From positions 32,001 through 96,000 of the IMG/VR virus record IMGVR_UViG_3300047510_002627: a stretch of 64,000 nt of DNA; one strand, written 5' to 3'. The stretch is from a virus. This document shows, one piece after another, positions 49,550-59,155 of the stretch (position 1 is its first letter; each line of letters begins with the position of its first letter). Below the pieces are notes generated by a model that saw only the letters and a list, made by a program, of their open reading frames with translations, did no database searches and was not told the DNA's origin. A program made the translations under genes and the position numbers.

Positions 49550-49863
49550 AATCATATCATCAATTTCTTTCTGAAGCAGTCAATATTGCTGGAGATTTTA
49601 ATGGAAATCTCTATATCAACAGTTCTGAACCCGAAACGAGATCTGTTGGGGAAGATTATGTTGCTGATTTTGTTTGGGAAGGAAGCATTTATAGATTGGA
49701 GTTGGTATCAAATGGAATGCCATCTAAATTAGATTTGGCAGAAAGATTGCAGACCGAATATCCTGGAGCAATTGTTCATCAGATTTATCCAGCAATTCAA
49801 AAAACAGATGTAAACATTTCAAGCACCAAGAGATATCACCCAGGAAAATTGGAGTGGTTATAA
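49546..49863 (+). CDS. Probable internal head protein
   Basis: N-terminus MKSYHQFLSEA resembles the T4 capsid-targeting sequence; its domain resembles a module of the 11320 ORF. Confidence 0.6.
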   Translation: MKSYHQFLSEAVNIAGDFNGNLYINSSEPETRSVGEDYVADFVWEGSIYRLELVSNGMPSKLDLAERLQTEYPGAIVHQIYPAIQKTDVNISSTKRYHPGKLEWL

Positions 49864-49866
49864 ATT

Positions 49867-50598
49867 ATGGGATTTAAAAGTTATATTTGGGACGAGGCAT
49901 GGGAACTTAATATCTCAAGGGGAAAAGTTCGTGGAGCATCAACCATCCATAAGTTTGGTGCTGTGCCAGCAATGTCTCAGAGCACTACGGGAACCATCTG
50001 GGATAAAAATGATACTGTTTACCCTTGGAGTGTTTGGACAACTGCAGGAATAATTACTGCTTCAATTGCTAATGCTTCGGATAATGGAAAGGTTGTAACA
50101 GTTCTTGGTTTGGACAATGATTTCAATCCAGCATCAGATACTTTCACACTATCAAGCATGGCAACAGTATCAGGAACTACACAATTTCGTCGTGTATACA
50201 GAGCATATATTTCATCAGGAACTAATAATGTTGGTGATGTGAATTTCACTAAAAATGGAACGGATGTATTGAGGATTACTGCCGATAAGGGTCAAACTCT
50301 TATGGCAATTTATACTGTTCCTGCTGGTAAAACTGGATATCTTTATCAAGGGGTATGTACTGCTCAAGCATCTGCCGATGGGACAGGAAATATGTTTGTA
50401 AGATATTTTGGTCAAAATGCATTTAGAATTGGGCACTCATTTGAAGTCGCTGGTGTTGGAGGTCAATATACTTATGACTTTGCATTTCCAATACAACTTC
50501 CAGAAAAAACTGATATTGATGTGAGAATTACTACAAGAACTAACAATGGAAGATACACCGCAGCATTTGATATTTTGTTAATTGATAATGATGAATAA
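49867..50598 (+). CDS. Beta-rich hypothetical protein, probably virion structural
   Basis: 243 aa with IHKFG, GQTLMAIYTVPAGKTGYL and PEKTDI motifs; in a late cluster. Confidence 0.65.
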   Translation: MGFKSYIWDEAWELNISRGKVRGASTIHKFGAVPAMSQSTTGTIWDKNDTVYPWSVWTTAGIITASIANASDNGKVVTVLGLDNDFNPASDTFTLSSMATVSGTTQFRRVYRAYISSGTNNVGDVNFTKNGTDVLRITADKGQTLMAIYTVPAGKTGYLYQGVCTAQASADGTGNMFVRYFGQNAFRIGHSFEVAGVGGQYTYDFAFPIQLPEKTDIDVRITTRTNNGRYTAAFDILLIDNDE

Positions 50599-50600
50599 TT

Positions 50601-50608
50601 TATAAATA
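50601..50608 (+). promoter_or_regulatory. Late promoter
   Basis: Exact TATAAATA upstream of the 937-aa ORF. Confidence 0.8.
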
Positions 50609-50636
50609 AATACAAGGCAAATCATTTTAGAATAAA

Positions 50637-53450
50637 ATGTCATCAAATATTGCAAAAAATCTTTATGAGGCTTATCTCACTGAGATGGAACCTCAATTAG
50701 GTAAAAAACAAGAAGGTGGTGAAGGTGGTAGTGCGGCAGCATCACCTGATGAAGCATCTGCAAAAAGAATCAGGCAAGCTGTATACGATATTAGATATCG
50801 TGCGAGAAGAGAAGATATTGATGTAAGTCAAGCATATTCTCAGTATATGGCAAATACATCCATGGCAGCAAATGAAAAGTCTGCTGTAAGAGACAAACTT
50901 GGTCTTGGTCCTGGTGGACAAGCAGAAGGTTTTGAAATGGATGAAGACGCAAAAGCAGGAGAACACTATCTTCGTGTTACTCCACAACGAGGAACTGGAG
51001 AAAAGGAATACGTAAGAAAATTTGATCCTCAAAACCCATCTCATCGTGCTAAGAGACATTCTTTGGAAAAAAGAGGAATCAAAGCAACTGTAACTAAGCA
51101 TGGAAATCCTTACGATCAGGATCACTCAGGTGCTGGCGAAAAGTATGAGAAGAAGTATGGTCCAGCAACTGGAAAGAATACTGTAGGTGATAAGGATAAG
51201 GATGGTACTGTAGAACCAGACGGTCATGAGTATGCTGGCGTAAAGGATAATGCCATTAAAAAGGCGACAGCAAAGAAAGGAGTTAAAAAGGAATCATATT
51301 CTTCTTGGAGAGAAGAGATTCGTGAAGTAGTTGAGAAGGCAAATGCCATCAAAGAAAAGGATCAGCAAATTAAAGAAAAGGCAATAAAAAATAATATAGT
51401 TGTAAATCCAGATGTTCCCATTAAAGAATTTGCACATAATCTTGGTGGAGAACTTGTAGAATCCGTTGATCTCGGTGAAGATTTTGAAGAACTGATTGCC
51501 GATTATGCAACTGAATATTTCTTCCTTGAAGGACTTAATGAAAACGGAATTGATATTCTTATTGAAGATCTCGGTGTCGATGAATTTGTTGATTATGTTT
51601 TTGATCTTTTTGAAGAGTTTGAAGAAGAAATTCTCACCGAAGCAAGAAGAAGCGGACGTATTGAACCAGTTACTAAAACTGGGAAAGATGTTGGATCACT
51701 GAAGGGTGGTGCAAAAACAGCAGCAATTAAGCGTCTTCGTGCTGAAAAGCAAAGTAGAAGAGATACAGAAGCAGCAGCATCTGCTGAAAGACCATCTAAA
51801 TTGACTTCATCTCTCAAGAGTCAGTCTGAAAGAGCAAAGGTTGCTAAAGGATTGAAGAAGGCATCAACTGAAAAGAAAGTTGAAAAGGCAAAAGAAACAC
51901 AAGCACCCGCTGCAAATAAATCCTCTGAGGGGACTAAGAAAGAAGTCAAGAAGGGAATTCTTGGTGCAATCAAAGATAGAGCAGCAAGAGATACTGAACT
52001 TCTGAAGCAGTCATGGAAAACTGCTAGGGATGCTGGTAAATCGGCAGAGAAAAGAGTAGCAAGTGCTGCTGGAACTGCTGCAGGAGTTGCTGTCGGTGCC
52101 GCTAAAGCAGTTCATCGTGCTGGACAAGAAGCGGGCAAGAGTGAGGCGGGACAAAAGGTTAAGGCAACCCTTGCCAAGGCAGGTAAAGCTGCTGTTGCTG
52201 GTGCTTCTGCTGGTGCTAGAAGTGGAGAAAATAATACTGCCGCAGGTAGAGCAGGTCGTGCTGTCGGAACTTTCGTCAAAAAAATGAAAGAAGATTATGA
52301 ACTTTGGGTCGAAGAATTGATTGATGAGGGGTATGATGTTTGGGAATACTCTGAAGATTATCTGATTGAAACGTATCTCCCAGAAGATCTCGATGAGGGA
52401 CTTGGAAGTGCTTTAAAAGGAATTCTTTCCCCTAAACCATCCGAAAGACAAAAACTTGCCAAAGAAAGATTAGCAAAACATGCTGAGGCAATGAGAACTG
52501 GGGGAACTTCTCCTTATTCACCTCAAAGAAAAACATCATCCACTCCTATTAAAAAACCAAATACTACAGAAAGAGATCCCTGGTCTGGTGATCCAGAAAC
52601 TGATAAAGCATGGGCAAAGGGTAAATCGGCATCTAAACCTTATGCATATAAGGGAACTCATGAAGAATTTGAAGAGTGGTTGGAAGGAATTCTTGAAGAA
52701 GGAATTGAATTGGATGAAAATATGCTCTTCTTACTTTATGAATCAACACTAACTAATGAAATGATGATGATCGCAGAATCATCTCATGTCAAGAAAGATG
52801 GTGTTGATGATAATGGAAATACTTCATGCTGGAAGGGGTATGTAAAAAAAGGTACTAAAATTAAAGGTGGTAAGGAAGTTAATAACTGCGTAAAGGCAGA
52901 AGATACTAAACTTGATAATATTATTGCTCAAATTAGAGGATCTCAACAAGTTGATGAGGCAGCACCAGCATTGGCTGCTGCGGGTAGATTGGCAATGAGA
53001 GCATTGACTTCAAAAACAGCACAAAAGGCTGCCAAGAAGGTTGGAAAGGCAGCAGTTAAAGGTGCTGCCGCTGGTGCTGCAGAAAGAGCGGGTGAAGTTG
53101 CTTATGATACTACAAGGAACATTGGGAAAAAAAACACTGAATGTGAAGAATACGTCAGTGAATTAAATCGTTATGAAAAGGAAACTGGCACATCTTCTGG
53201 TTCTCTTAATATGAGGAAAGGCAAACCAACTCAAAAAGGTGGAGATTCTGATCCAGTAATGAGATTAGTTAGACAATCCATGCGTAAGCAATCGGGTAAA
53301 CCTGTTGGTCAGCAGAAAAAGCAAAAAGGCAAGAAACCACCAGCAGCGGGTGAATACGGATCTGAAAGAAGATCTCCAGCACAAATAGTTGCAAATCGTC
53401 GTGCTGCTGCTCAAAGATCACAAGACTCAATGTCATCAAGATTTGACTAA
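50637..53450 (+). CDS. Large modular late protein (alternating acidic and basic blocks), probable internal head polyprotein
   Basis: IRQAVYDIRYRARRE, DKDKDG and CWKGY...NCVK modules; acidic EG(Y/I/L) blocks followed by xxE|A sites. Confidence 0.65.
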   Translation: MSSNIAKNLYEAYLTEMEPQLGKKQEGGEGGSAAASPDEASAKRIRQAVYDIRYRARREDIDVSQAYSQYMANTSMAANEKSAVRDKLGLGPGGQAEGFEMDEDAKAGEHYLRVTPQRGTGEKEYVRKFDPQNPSHRAKRHSLEKRGIKATVTKHGNPYDQDHSGAGEKYEKKYGPATGKNTVGDKDKDGTVEPDGHEYAGVKDNAIKKATAKKGVKKESYSSWREEIREVVEKANAIKEKDQQIKEKAIKNNIVVNPDVPIKEFAHNLGGELVESVDLGEDFEELIADYATEYFFLEGLNENGIDILIEDLGVDEFVDYVFDLFEEFEEEILTEARRSGRIEPVTKTGKDVGSLKGGAKTAAIKRLRAEKQSRRDTEAAASAERPSKLTSSLKSQSERAKVAKGLKKASTEKKVEKAKETQAPAANKSSEGTKKEVKKGILGAIKDRAARDTELLKQSWKTARDAGKSAEKRVASAAGTAAGVAVGAAKAVHRAGQEAGKSEAGQKVKATLAKAGKAAVAGASAGARSGENNTAAGRAGRAVGTFVKKMKEDYELWVEELIDEGYDVWEYSEDYLIETYLPEDLDEGLGSALKGILSPKPSERQKLAKERLAKHAEAMRTGGTSPYSPQRKTSSTPIKKPNTTERDPWSGDPETDKAWAKGKSASKPYAYKGTHEEFEEWLEGILEEGIELDENMLFLLYESTLTNEMMMIAESSHVKKDGVDDNGNTSCWKGYVKKGTKIKGGKEVNNCVKAEDTKLDNIIAQIRGSQQVDEAAPALAAAGRLAMRALTSKTAQKAAKKVGKAAVKGAAAGAAERAGEVAYDTTRNIGKKNTECEEYVSELNRYEKETGTSSGSLNMRKGKPTQKGGDSDPVMRLVRQSMRKQSGKPVGQQKKQKGKKPPAAGEYGSERRSPAQIVANRRAAAQRSQDSMSSRFD

Positions 53451-53515
53451 TTTTAAAGATACTTTTTCATAAATAATCATAGTCGTAATGATTTTTTAAA
53501 AATAGGAGGTAAATC

Positions 53516-53707
53516 ATGACTCTTGCAGCAATCTGGGCTTGGATTGCAGCTAATGAAGCTGCTTTAGCAACAGTCCTGTTAATTGTTTCCGAACTCATGG
53601 GAGCAAGCACAAGATTTAAGTCTAATGGAATTGTTTCTTTTGTTCTTATTCAACTTAAGGAACTTGCTAAGAAGAAAGGTGCAGTTGATCCAACACCCAA
53701 CGAGTGA
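53516..53707 (+). CDS. Small hydrophobic late protein (holin-like candidate)
   Basis: AGGAGGT RBS; CATAAATA at 53468-53475; hydrophobic N-terminal helix and basic C-terminus. Confidence 0.6.
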   Translation: MTLAAIWAWIAANEAALATVLLIVSELMGASTRFKSNGIVSFVLIQLKELAKKKGAVDPTPNE

Positions 53708-53736
53708 TTGGGCATATAAATAAAATACATTTTGAT

Positions 53737-53776
53737 GGGGAGATATAAAAATTAAACTCCCCTTTTTTTATAAATA
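53737..53776 (+). terminator. Terminator followed by a late promoter
   Basis: GGGGAG/CTCCCC stem with a large loop plus T-tract, running into TATAAATA at 53769-53776; another TATAAATA at 53715-53722. Confidence 0.65.
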
Positions 53777-53810
53777 TCTTTATAGATCCTAAAATTACGG
53801 AAGAAGAAAC

Positions 53811-54596
53811 ATGGCACTCTGGGGTAATAATGATAATGTAACGTCAGCAGGTATTGTAACTTGCGACTATACGACTACCGATTCTAATGGTAATGTTATC
53901 GTAAATGGTTGGTTAACTAATTTTGGTGCGGTTGGGTCAGCAAAAACTGGAGATGTAATTCGATTTGGTAGAGGAGATGCTACATACATTGGAGATGCTG
54001 TAATTGTTTCTATTGCGGGAACCCAGCAACTTTCAATTGCATCCACTACAGGACTCAGTGGTGCTGCTATTGCTGGTGCTAATTTTACAATTAGTGAATT
54101 ACCAAAATACACTATATTAGATTCTACTTATAGTAATGCACTGGATACATCAACTACCCTTAAGGATTTTGGTGTAACTGGAACTGCAACAACTAATTCT
54201 CCTGTTGGTTACAGTACTGTTTATGTAGTAACTACAGGTAAAGATATTGTTATTGGTGATACTTTATTGAATGATGGAAATGATATCGCAATCATTACTA
54301 TCAACGCTACAAATGTTGTACTTGGATCAACAATCTCTGCTGGCATTTCTACAGGAGACTCTCTTTCATTCAAGAGATATACTGGGGGATATGAGAAAAA
54401 TGTTTACGGTGTTGCTGGAGCTGGAGTCACAGCATCACATGCAACCAAGTATGAATTGTCTCATGCCGGATGGGTTGGAGTAACTACATATGTAGATTGC
54501 CATGGAGAATATAGAGTTAAGACTGAAGTACTGGTAGCAATGTCTGGAATTACAACAGGCAACGCCCCACTTTACGATGCAAATCCACTTGTATAA
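53811..54596 (+). CDS. Virion structural protein (MALWG...HAGWV family)
   Basis: MALWGNND N-terminus and HAGWVG...RVKTEVLVAM C-terminus; Thr/Gly-rich; late promoter. Confidence 0.7.
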   Translation: MALWGNNDNVTSAGIVTCDYTTTDSNGNVIVNGWLTNFGAVGSAKTGDVIRFGRGDATYIGDAVIVSIAGTQQLSIASTTGLSGAAIAGANFTISELPKYTILDSTYSNALDTSTTLKDFGVTGTATTNSPVGYSTVYVVTTGKDIVIGDTLLNDGNDIAIITINATNVVLGSTISAGISTGDSLSFKRYTGGYEKNVYGVAGAGVTASHATKYELSHAGWVGVTTYVDCHGEYRVKTEVLVAMSGITTGNAPLYDANPLV

Positions 54597-54606
54597 TAAT
54601 TGACAC

Positions 54607-54990
54607 ATGTTATTTGATGAATTGAATGAGGACAATTTTCTTTTATTCGCAATAAAAAATTATAGAAATCCTCAAGCGGTTACTGAAGAGGATTTCTATA
54701 AGGATTTAAATCATTTTAAATATATTAAACGCCTTTTAAAAAGGTATAAAAAGGATGGCGAATTGAGATGCAATCTTCTCATTATTCATTTTATAATTCT
54801 TTATAATATTTTTGGTGATGCTGCAACACCGATGTTATTCTACAAGGTTGAAGATGAATTGTGGTCTTGTGTAAAAACATTTATAGTATTTTTAAATAAA
54901 TTGCCACCAGAACCTAAATGCCACCTACATAATATCCCATTTGATGTTGAATGCCTTAAACAATTAGGAGAATTATCAAAAGAAAAATGA
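54607..54990 (+). CDS. Conserved T4-like hypothetical protein
   Basis: FDELNEDNFLLFAIKNY.NP and F.YIKRLL.RY motifs. Confidence 0.8.
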   Translation: MLFDELNEDNFLLFAIKNYRNPQAVTEEDFYKDLNHFKYIKRLLKRYKKDGELRCNLLIIHFIILYNIFGDAATPMLFYKVEDELWSCVKTFIVFLNKLPPEPKCHLHNIPFDVECLKQLGELSKEK

Positions 54991-55190
54991 ATATTGATAA
55001 ACTCATTTCCATAATAAGAGAAAATATGGTTGTTGGTGGTGGTGGATTTACAGGATCGTCACCTGCAGAAGGACCAACTGCTGGATTTGATCCTTTGTTA
55101 GGGTTCCGAAACAAAAAAAAAGGAAATGTTGATTTTCGTAGAGTTCCTAAGGATTATAAGAGTTGGGTAAAATCTTTAAAAAATAAATAA
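54987..55190 (+). CDS. Small hypothetical protein
   Basis: IIRE|NMV and GPTAGFDP motifs; ATGA overlap. Confidence 0.7.
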   Translation: MNIDKLISIIRENMVVGGGGFTGSSPAEGPTAGFDPLLGFRNKKKGNVDFRRVPKDYKSWVKSLKNK

Positions 55191-55239
55191 TTAATAACAA
55201 AAGGATGAATGCGTGACGTATAAATTAGTGGTATGTAAA

Positions 55240-55674
55240 ATGTCACCATTCCAATTAAGAAGATCAGATCTCTCAAAATTAGATGTTTTAGAAGCAAAAT
55301 TTAACATTTATGAAGATTTATCTAGACAGATGATGGATAAGTTGGAAGTCGCTGTGGATAAGATATCTGAAGCAAACAATAAGATTGCTACGATTCTTAG
55401 TAAGCATGACGAAAGAATTGATCAAACAATTAAGAATGATGAAAACTTTGCCAAACAACTTGATGAATTGAAGGAAGAGAATAAAGAAGATCATAAGGCA
55501 GTTGTAGATAGAATACAAAAATTGGAACTCAAAATAGAAGACCTTGTTAAATTTCGTTGGATAATTGCTGGTGCAGTAGTTATTATAAGTTTTGTATTTT
55601 CTCAATCTGGTATGGTTGTTGATATTTTGACACCTGATACTCAACCAAATTATAGAATAGAAACAAAGAAGTAA
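55240..55674 (+). CDS. Coiled-coil protein with C-terminal transmembrane helix
   Basis: Long heptad region followed by FRWIIAGAVVIISFVFS. Confidence 0.7.
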   Translation: MSPFQLRRSDLSKLDVLEAKFNIYEDLSRQMMDKLEVAVDKISEANNKIATILSKHDERIDQTIKNDENFAKQLDELKEENKEDHKAVVDRIQKLELKIEDLVKFRWIIAGAVVIISFVFSQSGMVVDILTPDTQPNYRIETKK

Positions 55675-55700
55675 TAAATATTACAAGTTATGGCATTAAG

Positions 55701-55835
55701 ATGCCAATGAAAAAAATTAAAGATAGTAAAAAAATAAATCATTATAATTTATTGAAATTAACGAATACCATTCTTAAATGGACTTCTGAAATAACTGCAG
55801 AATGCTGTAAGAAGGCAGTTGACAGGGAGTCCTGA
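55701..55835 (+). CDS. Small hypothetical protein (44 aa, not in the ORF track)
   Basis: Open frame MPMKKIKDSKK...; AATAAATA upstream; 3' end overlaps the primase promoter. Confidence 0.4.
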   Translation: MPMKKIKDSKKINHYNLLKLTNTILKWTSEITAECCKKAVDRES

Positions 55836-55847
55836 ATACTGTAGGAT
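55819..55847 (+). promoter_or_regulatory. sigma70 promoter for g61-nrdAB
   Basis: TTGACA-17 bp-TAGGAT. Confidence 0.75.
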
Positions 55848-55869
55848 GTGACCCTACCCGAGGTTTGTC

Positions 55870-56838
55870 ATGGATCACGTTGATGCAAAATACATCATGC
55901 TCTTAAGTTCTCGCTTAGAAAAATTTAAGAAAATAAAAGTAGATACATATAATTTCCGTTGTCCAATATGTGGAGACTCTAAAAAAAATAGGACAAAGAC
56001 TAGAGGTTATCTATACGGCATTAAAAATAATACTAATTATAAGTGCCACAATTGTGGTGTAAGTATGTCTTTTAATAATTTTTTGAAAGACTTAGATGTA
56101 AATCTTCACAAAGAATATGTTTTTGAAAAATATAAGAAAGGAGTAACTGGTAAAAATTTCCAAACTGAAGATCCAAAGTTTGAATTTAAGAAACCAGTTT
56201 TTGATAAAAAAATAGACTTGCCAAGAGCAGTAGAAAATGAAAAGTCTAAAAATTATCTTGAAAGTAGAAATTTAAACCCTTATAAATTTTATTATACCCC
56301 CAATTTTAAAAAGTGGACTAATTCTCTCCAACAAACTTTTGATAATACAAATTATGATGAAGAGAGAATTGTAATACCGCTTTTTTATAAACGAAACTTA
56401 ATTGGATTTCAGGGGAGAGCTATCGGTCCAAGTCAGGTAAAATATATTACCATTATGCTGGACGAAGATGCACCAAAAATTTACGGACTCGATGAAGTAA
56501 ATTCGGATGAAACAATTTACATTACTGAAGGGCCTTTCGACTCAACCTTTATTAAAAACTCTATTGCTATGTGTGGGGCCGATATTGATATTAGCTCGTT
56601 TGGTTGGGGCAGTGTTGTTTACATTTATGATAACGAACCACGCAATCGAGAAATCGTCAACAGAATCTCCAAAACAATCGATAGAGGTGACAAAGTAGTG
56701 ATATGGGGATCTGATGTTGGTGAAAAGGATCTTAATGATATGATTCTTGCTGGACGAGACGTTCAAAATATGGTAGAATGTAGTACCTACCAAGGACTAG
56801 AAGCAAAACTTAAGTTTATTAACTGGAAAAAAGTATGA
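55870..56838 (+). CDS. g61: DNA primase gp61
   Basis: Zn finger CPICGDS...CHNC; GFQGR, TEGPFDS, YDNEPRN and KDLNDM motifs. Confidence 0.96.
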   Translation: MDHVDAKYIMLLSSRLEKFKKIKVDTYNFRCPICGDSKKNRTKTRGYLYGIKNNTNYKCHNCGVSMSFNNFLKDLDVNLHKEYVFEKYKKGVTGKNFQTEDPKFEFKKPVFDKKIDLPRAVENEKSKNYLESRNLNPYKFYYTPNFKKWTNSLQQTFDNTNYDEERIVIPLFYKRNLIGFQGRAIGPSQVKYITIMLDEDAPKIYGLDEVNSDETIYITEGPFDSTFIKNSIAMCGADIDISSFGWGSVVYIYDNEPRNREIVNRISKTIDRGDKVVIWGSDVGEKDLNDMILAGRDVQNMVECSTYQGLEAKLKFINWKKV

Positions 56839-59132
56839 GTAACGGAACGAGTGTTGTCAAGAGAAATGGACGAATTGAATCTCTTGATTTGGATAAAATG
56901 CATCTTATGGTAGATGAAGCAACCAAGAATCTTGCTGGAGTATCTGCAAGTCAAGTTGAAATGAAATCTGGCATTCAATTTTATGATGGAATCACCACAC
57001 AAGAAATTCAAGAAATTTTGATTCGTAGTGCTAGTGATCTAATTGATTTGGATCATCCAAATTACCAATATGTTGCTGCTAGACTTCTTTTGTTTTCTAT
57101 TCGTAAACAATTATATGGAAAGATGAGAGAACTTCCTCATCTTGAAGAACATATTTTTAATTGTGCTTCTAAGAATCTTTATGATTCTGAAATTTTTGAT
57201 AAGTATTCAAAAGAAGAAATTGAAAAGGCAAATAGTTTCATTGATCATGATCGTGACTATTTGTTTACTTATGCTGGTCTTCGTCAGGTAGTAGATAAAT
57301 ATTTGGTTCAGGATAGAAGCACTGGTGGAGTCTATGAAACTCCACAATATATGTACATCATGGTTGCTTTGACTATGTTTGCTAATTATCCTAAGGATAA
57401 ACGAATGTCATATGTTAAGAGGTATTATGACGCGATCTCAAAGCACAAAATCAACATTCCTACACCAATCATGGCAGGTGTTAGAACCCCACTTCGCCAA
57501 TTTGCAAGTTGCGTTCTTGTTGATGTTGATGACACCCTTGACAGCATTTTCACTTCTGACATGGCAATTGGTCGCTATGTTGCTCAAAGAGCAGGAATTG
57601 GTATCAACGCAGGTCGAATCAGGGGCATCAACAGTAAGATCCGAGGTGGAGAAGTTCAACACACTGGTGTTGTCCCTTTCCTCAAAAAGTTTGAAGCAAC
57701 TGTCCGATGCTGCACTCAAAATGGCATCCGTGGCGGATCAGCAACTGTCCACTTTCCAATCTGGCACCAAGAAATAGAAGACATTCTGGTGCTTAAAAAT
57801 AATAAAGGTACTGAAGATAATCGTGTTCGTAAACTTGACTATTCTATCCAAATTACAAAAATCTTTTACCAAAGGTTTATTGAGGGGGGTGACATCACAC
57901 TTTTCTCCCCACACGATGTACCTGGATTATATGATTCTTTTGGGACGGATAGATTTGATGATTTATACGTTTCGTATGAAAAAGATCCCTCTATTAAAAA
58001 GAAAACTATTTCTGCTCAAGAATTAATTTTTTCTCTTCTTAAGGAACGTGCAGAAACGGGTCGAATTTATATTATGAATTTGGATCATTGTAATTCTCAT
58101 AGTTCCTTTAAGGATAAGATTGAGATGAGTAATCTCTGCCAAGAAATCACTCTTCCAACTTTCCCTCTGCAACACATTGATGAAGAACATGGTGAAATTG
58201 CACTTTGTATTCTCTCCGCAATTAATGTTGGCAAAGTAAAGTCGGATGAGGAACTTGAAGAACTTTGTGATCTTTCTGTTCGTGGATTAGAAGAATTGAT
58301 TGACTATCAAGACTATCCAGTTAAAGCAGCAGAGATCGCTACAAAGGCACGGAGATCGCTTGGAGTGGGGTTCATTGGACTTGCTCACTATCTTGCTAAA
58401 CTTGGATTCAATTATGATTCTCAGGAGGCATGGGACGCAGTTCACGGTCTTTCAGAATCTTTCCAATATTATCTTCTGAAGGCATCTAATCAAATTGCAA
58501 AAGAAAAGGGTCATTGTGAATACTTTGGACGTACTAAGTATTCTGATGGTATTCTCCCAATCGACACCTATAAAAAAGATGTAGACGAAATTTCTTCTAT
58601 TAAATTACAACATGATTGGGAATCTCTTAGGGTATCTATCTTGGAACACGGTCTTAGGCACTCAACATTGTCCGCACAGATGCCATCGGAGAGCAGTTCC
58701 GTTGTGTCAAATGCAACCAATGGAATCGAACCGCCTAGAGATTACTTGTCCATTAAAAAATCGAAGAAAGGTCCACTTGTTCAAATTGTTCCACAATATT
58801 CGTCCCTTAAAAACCATTATACTCTTCTTTGGGATATGGAGTCTAACCGTGGTTATATTAATGTTGTTGCTGTGATGCAAAAATTCTTTGATCAGGCAAT
58901 TAGTGGTAATTGGAGTTATAATCCAAGAAATTATGCGAACAACGAAATTCCAATTTCCGTGATGGCACAAGACTTTTTAAGTACTTATAAATTTGGATGG
59001 AAGACTAGTTACTATCAAAATACTTATGATATGAAATCTGATGAAATTGAGCATAAAGAAGATACTTTGAGTTCACTTTTAGATGAAATTATGGCCTCCG
59101 AAGAAGAGGATTGTGAGAGTTGCAAAATTTAA
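56835..59132 (+). CDS. nrdA: Ribonucleotide reductase class Ia alpha subunit
   Basis: ATP cone VVKRNG; TPIMAG, QFASC, SNLCQEI and MPSESSS motifs; C-terminal CESC. Confidence 0.98.
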   Translation: MSNGTSVVKRNGRIESLDLDKMHLMVDEATKNLAGVSASQVEMKSGIQFYDGITTQEIQEILIRSASDLIDLDHPNYQYVAARLLLFSIRKQLYGKMRELPHLEEHIFNCASKNLYDSEIFDKYSKEEIEKANSFIDHDRDYLFTYAGLRQVVDKYLVQDRSTGGVYETPQYMYIMVALTMFANYPKDKRMSYVKRYYDAISKHKINIPTPIMAGVRTPLRQFASCVLVDVDDTLDSIFTSDMAIGRYVAQRAGIGINAGRIRGINSKIRGGEVQHTGVVPFLKKFEATVRCCTQNGIRGGSATVHFPIWHQEIEDILVLKNNKGTEDNRVRKLDYSIQITKIFYQRFIEGGDITLFSPHDVPGLYDSFGTDRFDDLYVSYEKDPSIKKKTISAQELIFSLLKERAETGRIYIMNLDHCNSHSSFKDKIEMSNLCQEITLPTFPLQHIDEEHGEIALCILSAINVGKVKSDEELEELCDLSVRGLEELIDYQDYPVKAAEIATKARRSLGVGFIGLAHYLAKLGFNYDSQEAWDAVHGLSESFQYYLLKASNQIAKEKGHCEYFGRTKYSDGILPIDTYKKDVDEISSIKLQHDWESLRVSILEHGLRHSTLSAQMPSESSSVVSNATNGIEPPRDYLSIKKSKKGPLVQIVPQYSSLKNHYTLLWDMESNRGYINVVAVMQKFFDQAISGNWSYNPRNYANNEIPISVMAQDFLSTYKFGWKTSYYQNTYDMKSDEIEHKEDTLSSLLDEIMASEEEDCESCKI

Positions 59133-59155
59133 GTAGTAAACCCAACGATAAGCAA

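Noticed and set aside
46462-58875. Same-strand alternative-frame ORFs inside g41, g61 and nrdA (e.g. 46462, 56507, 57379, 58612)
   Set aside because: Short, no RBS or motifs; expected by chance inside conserved genes
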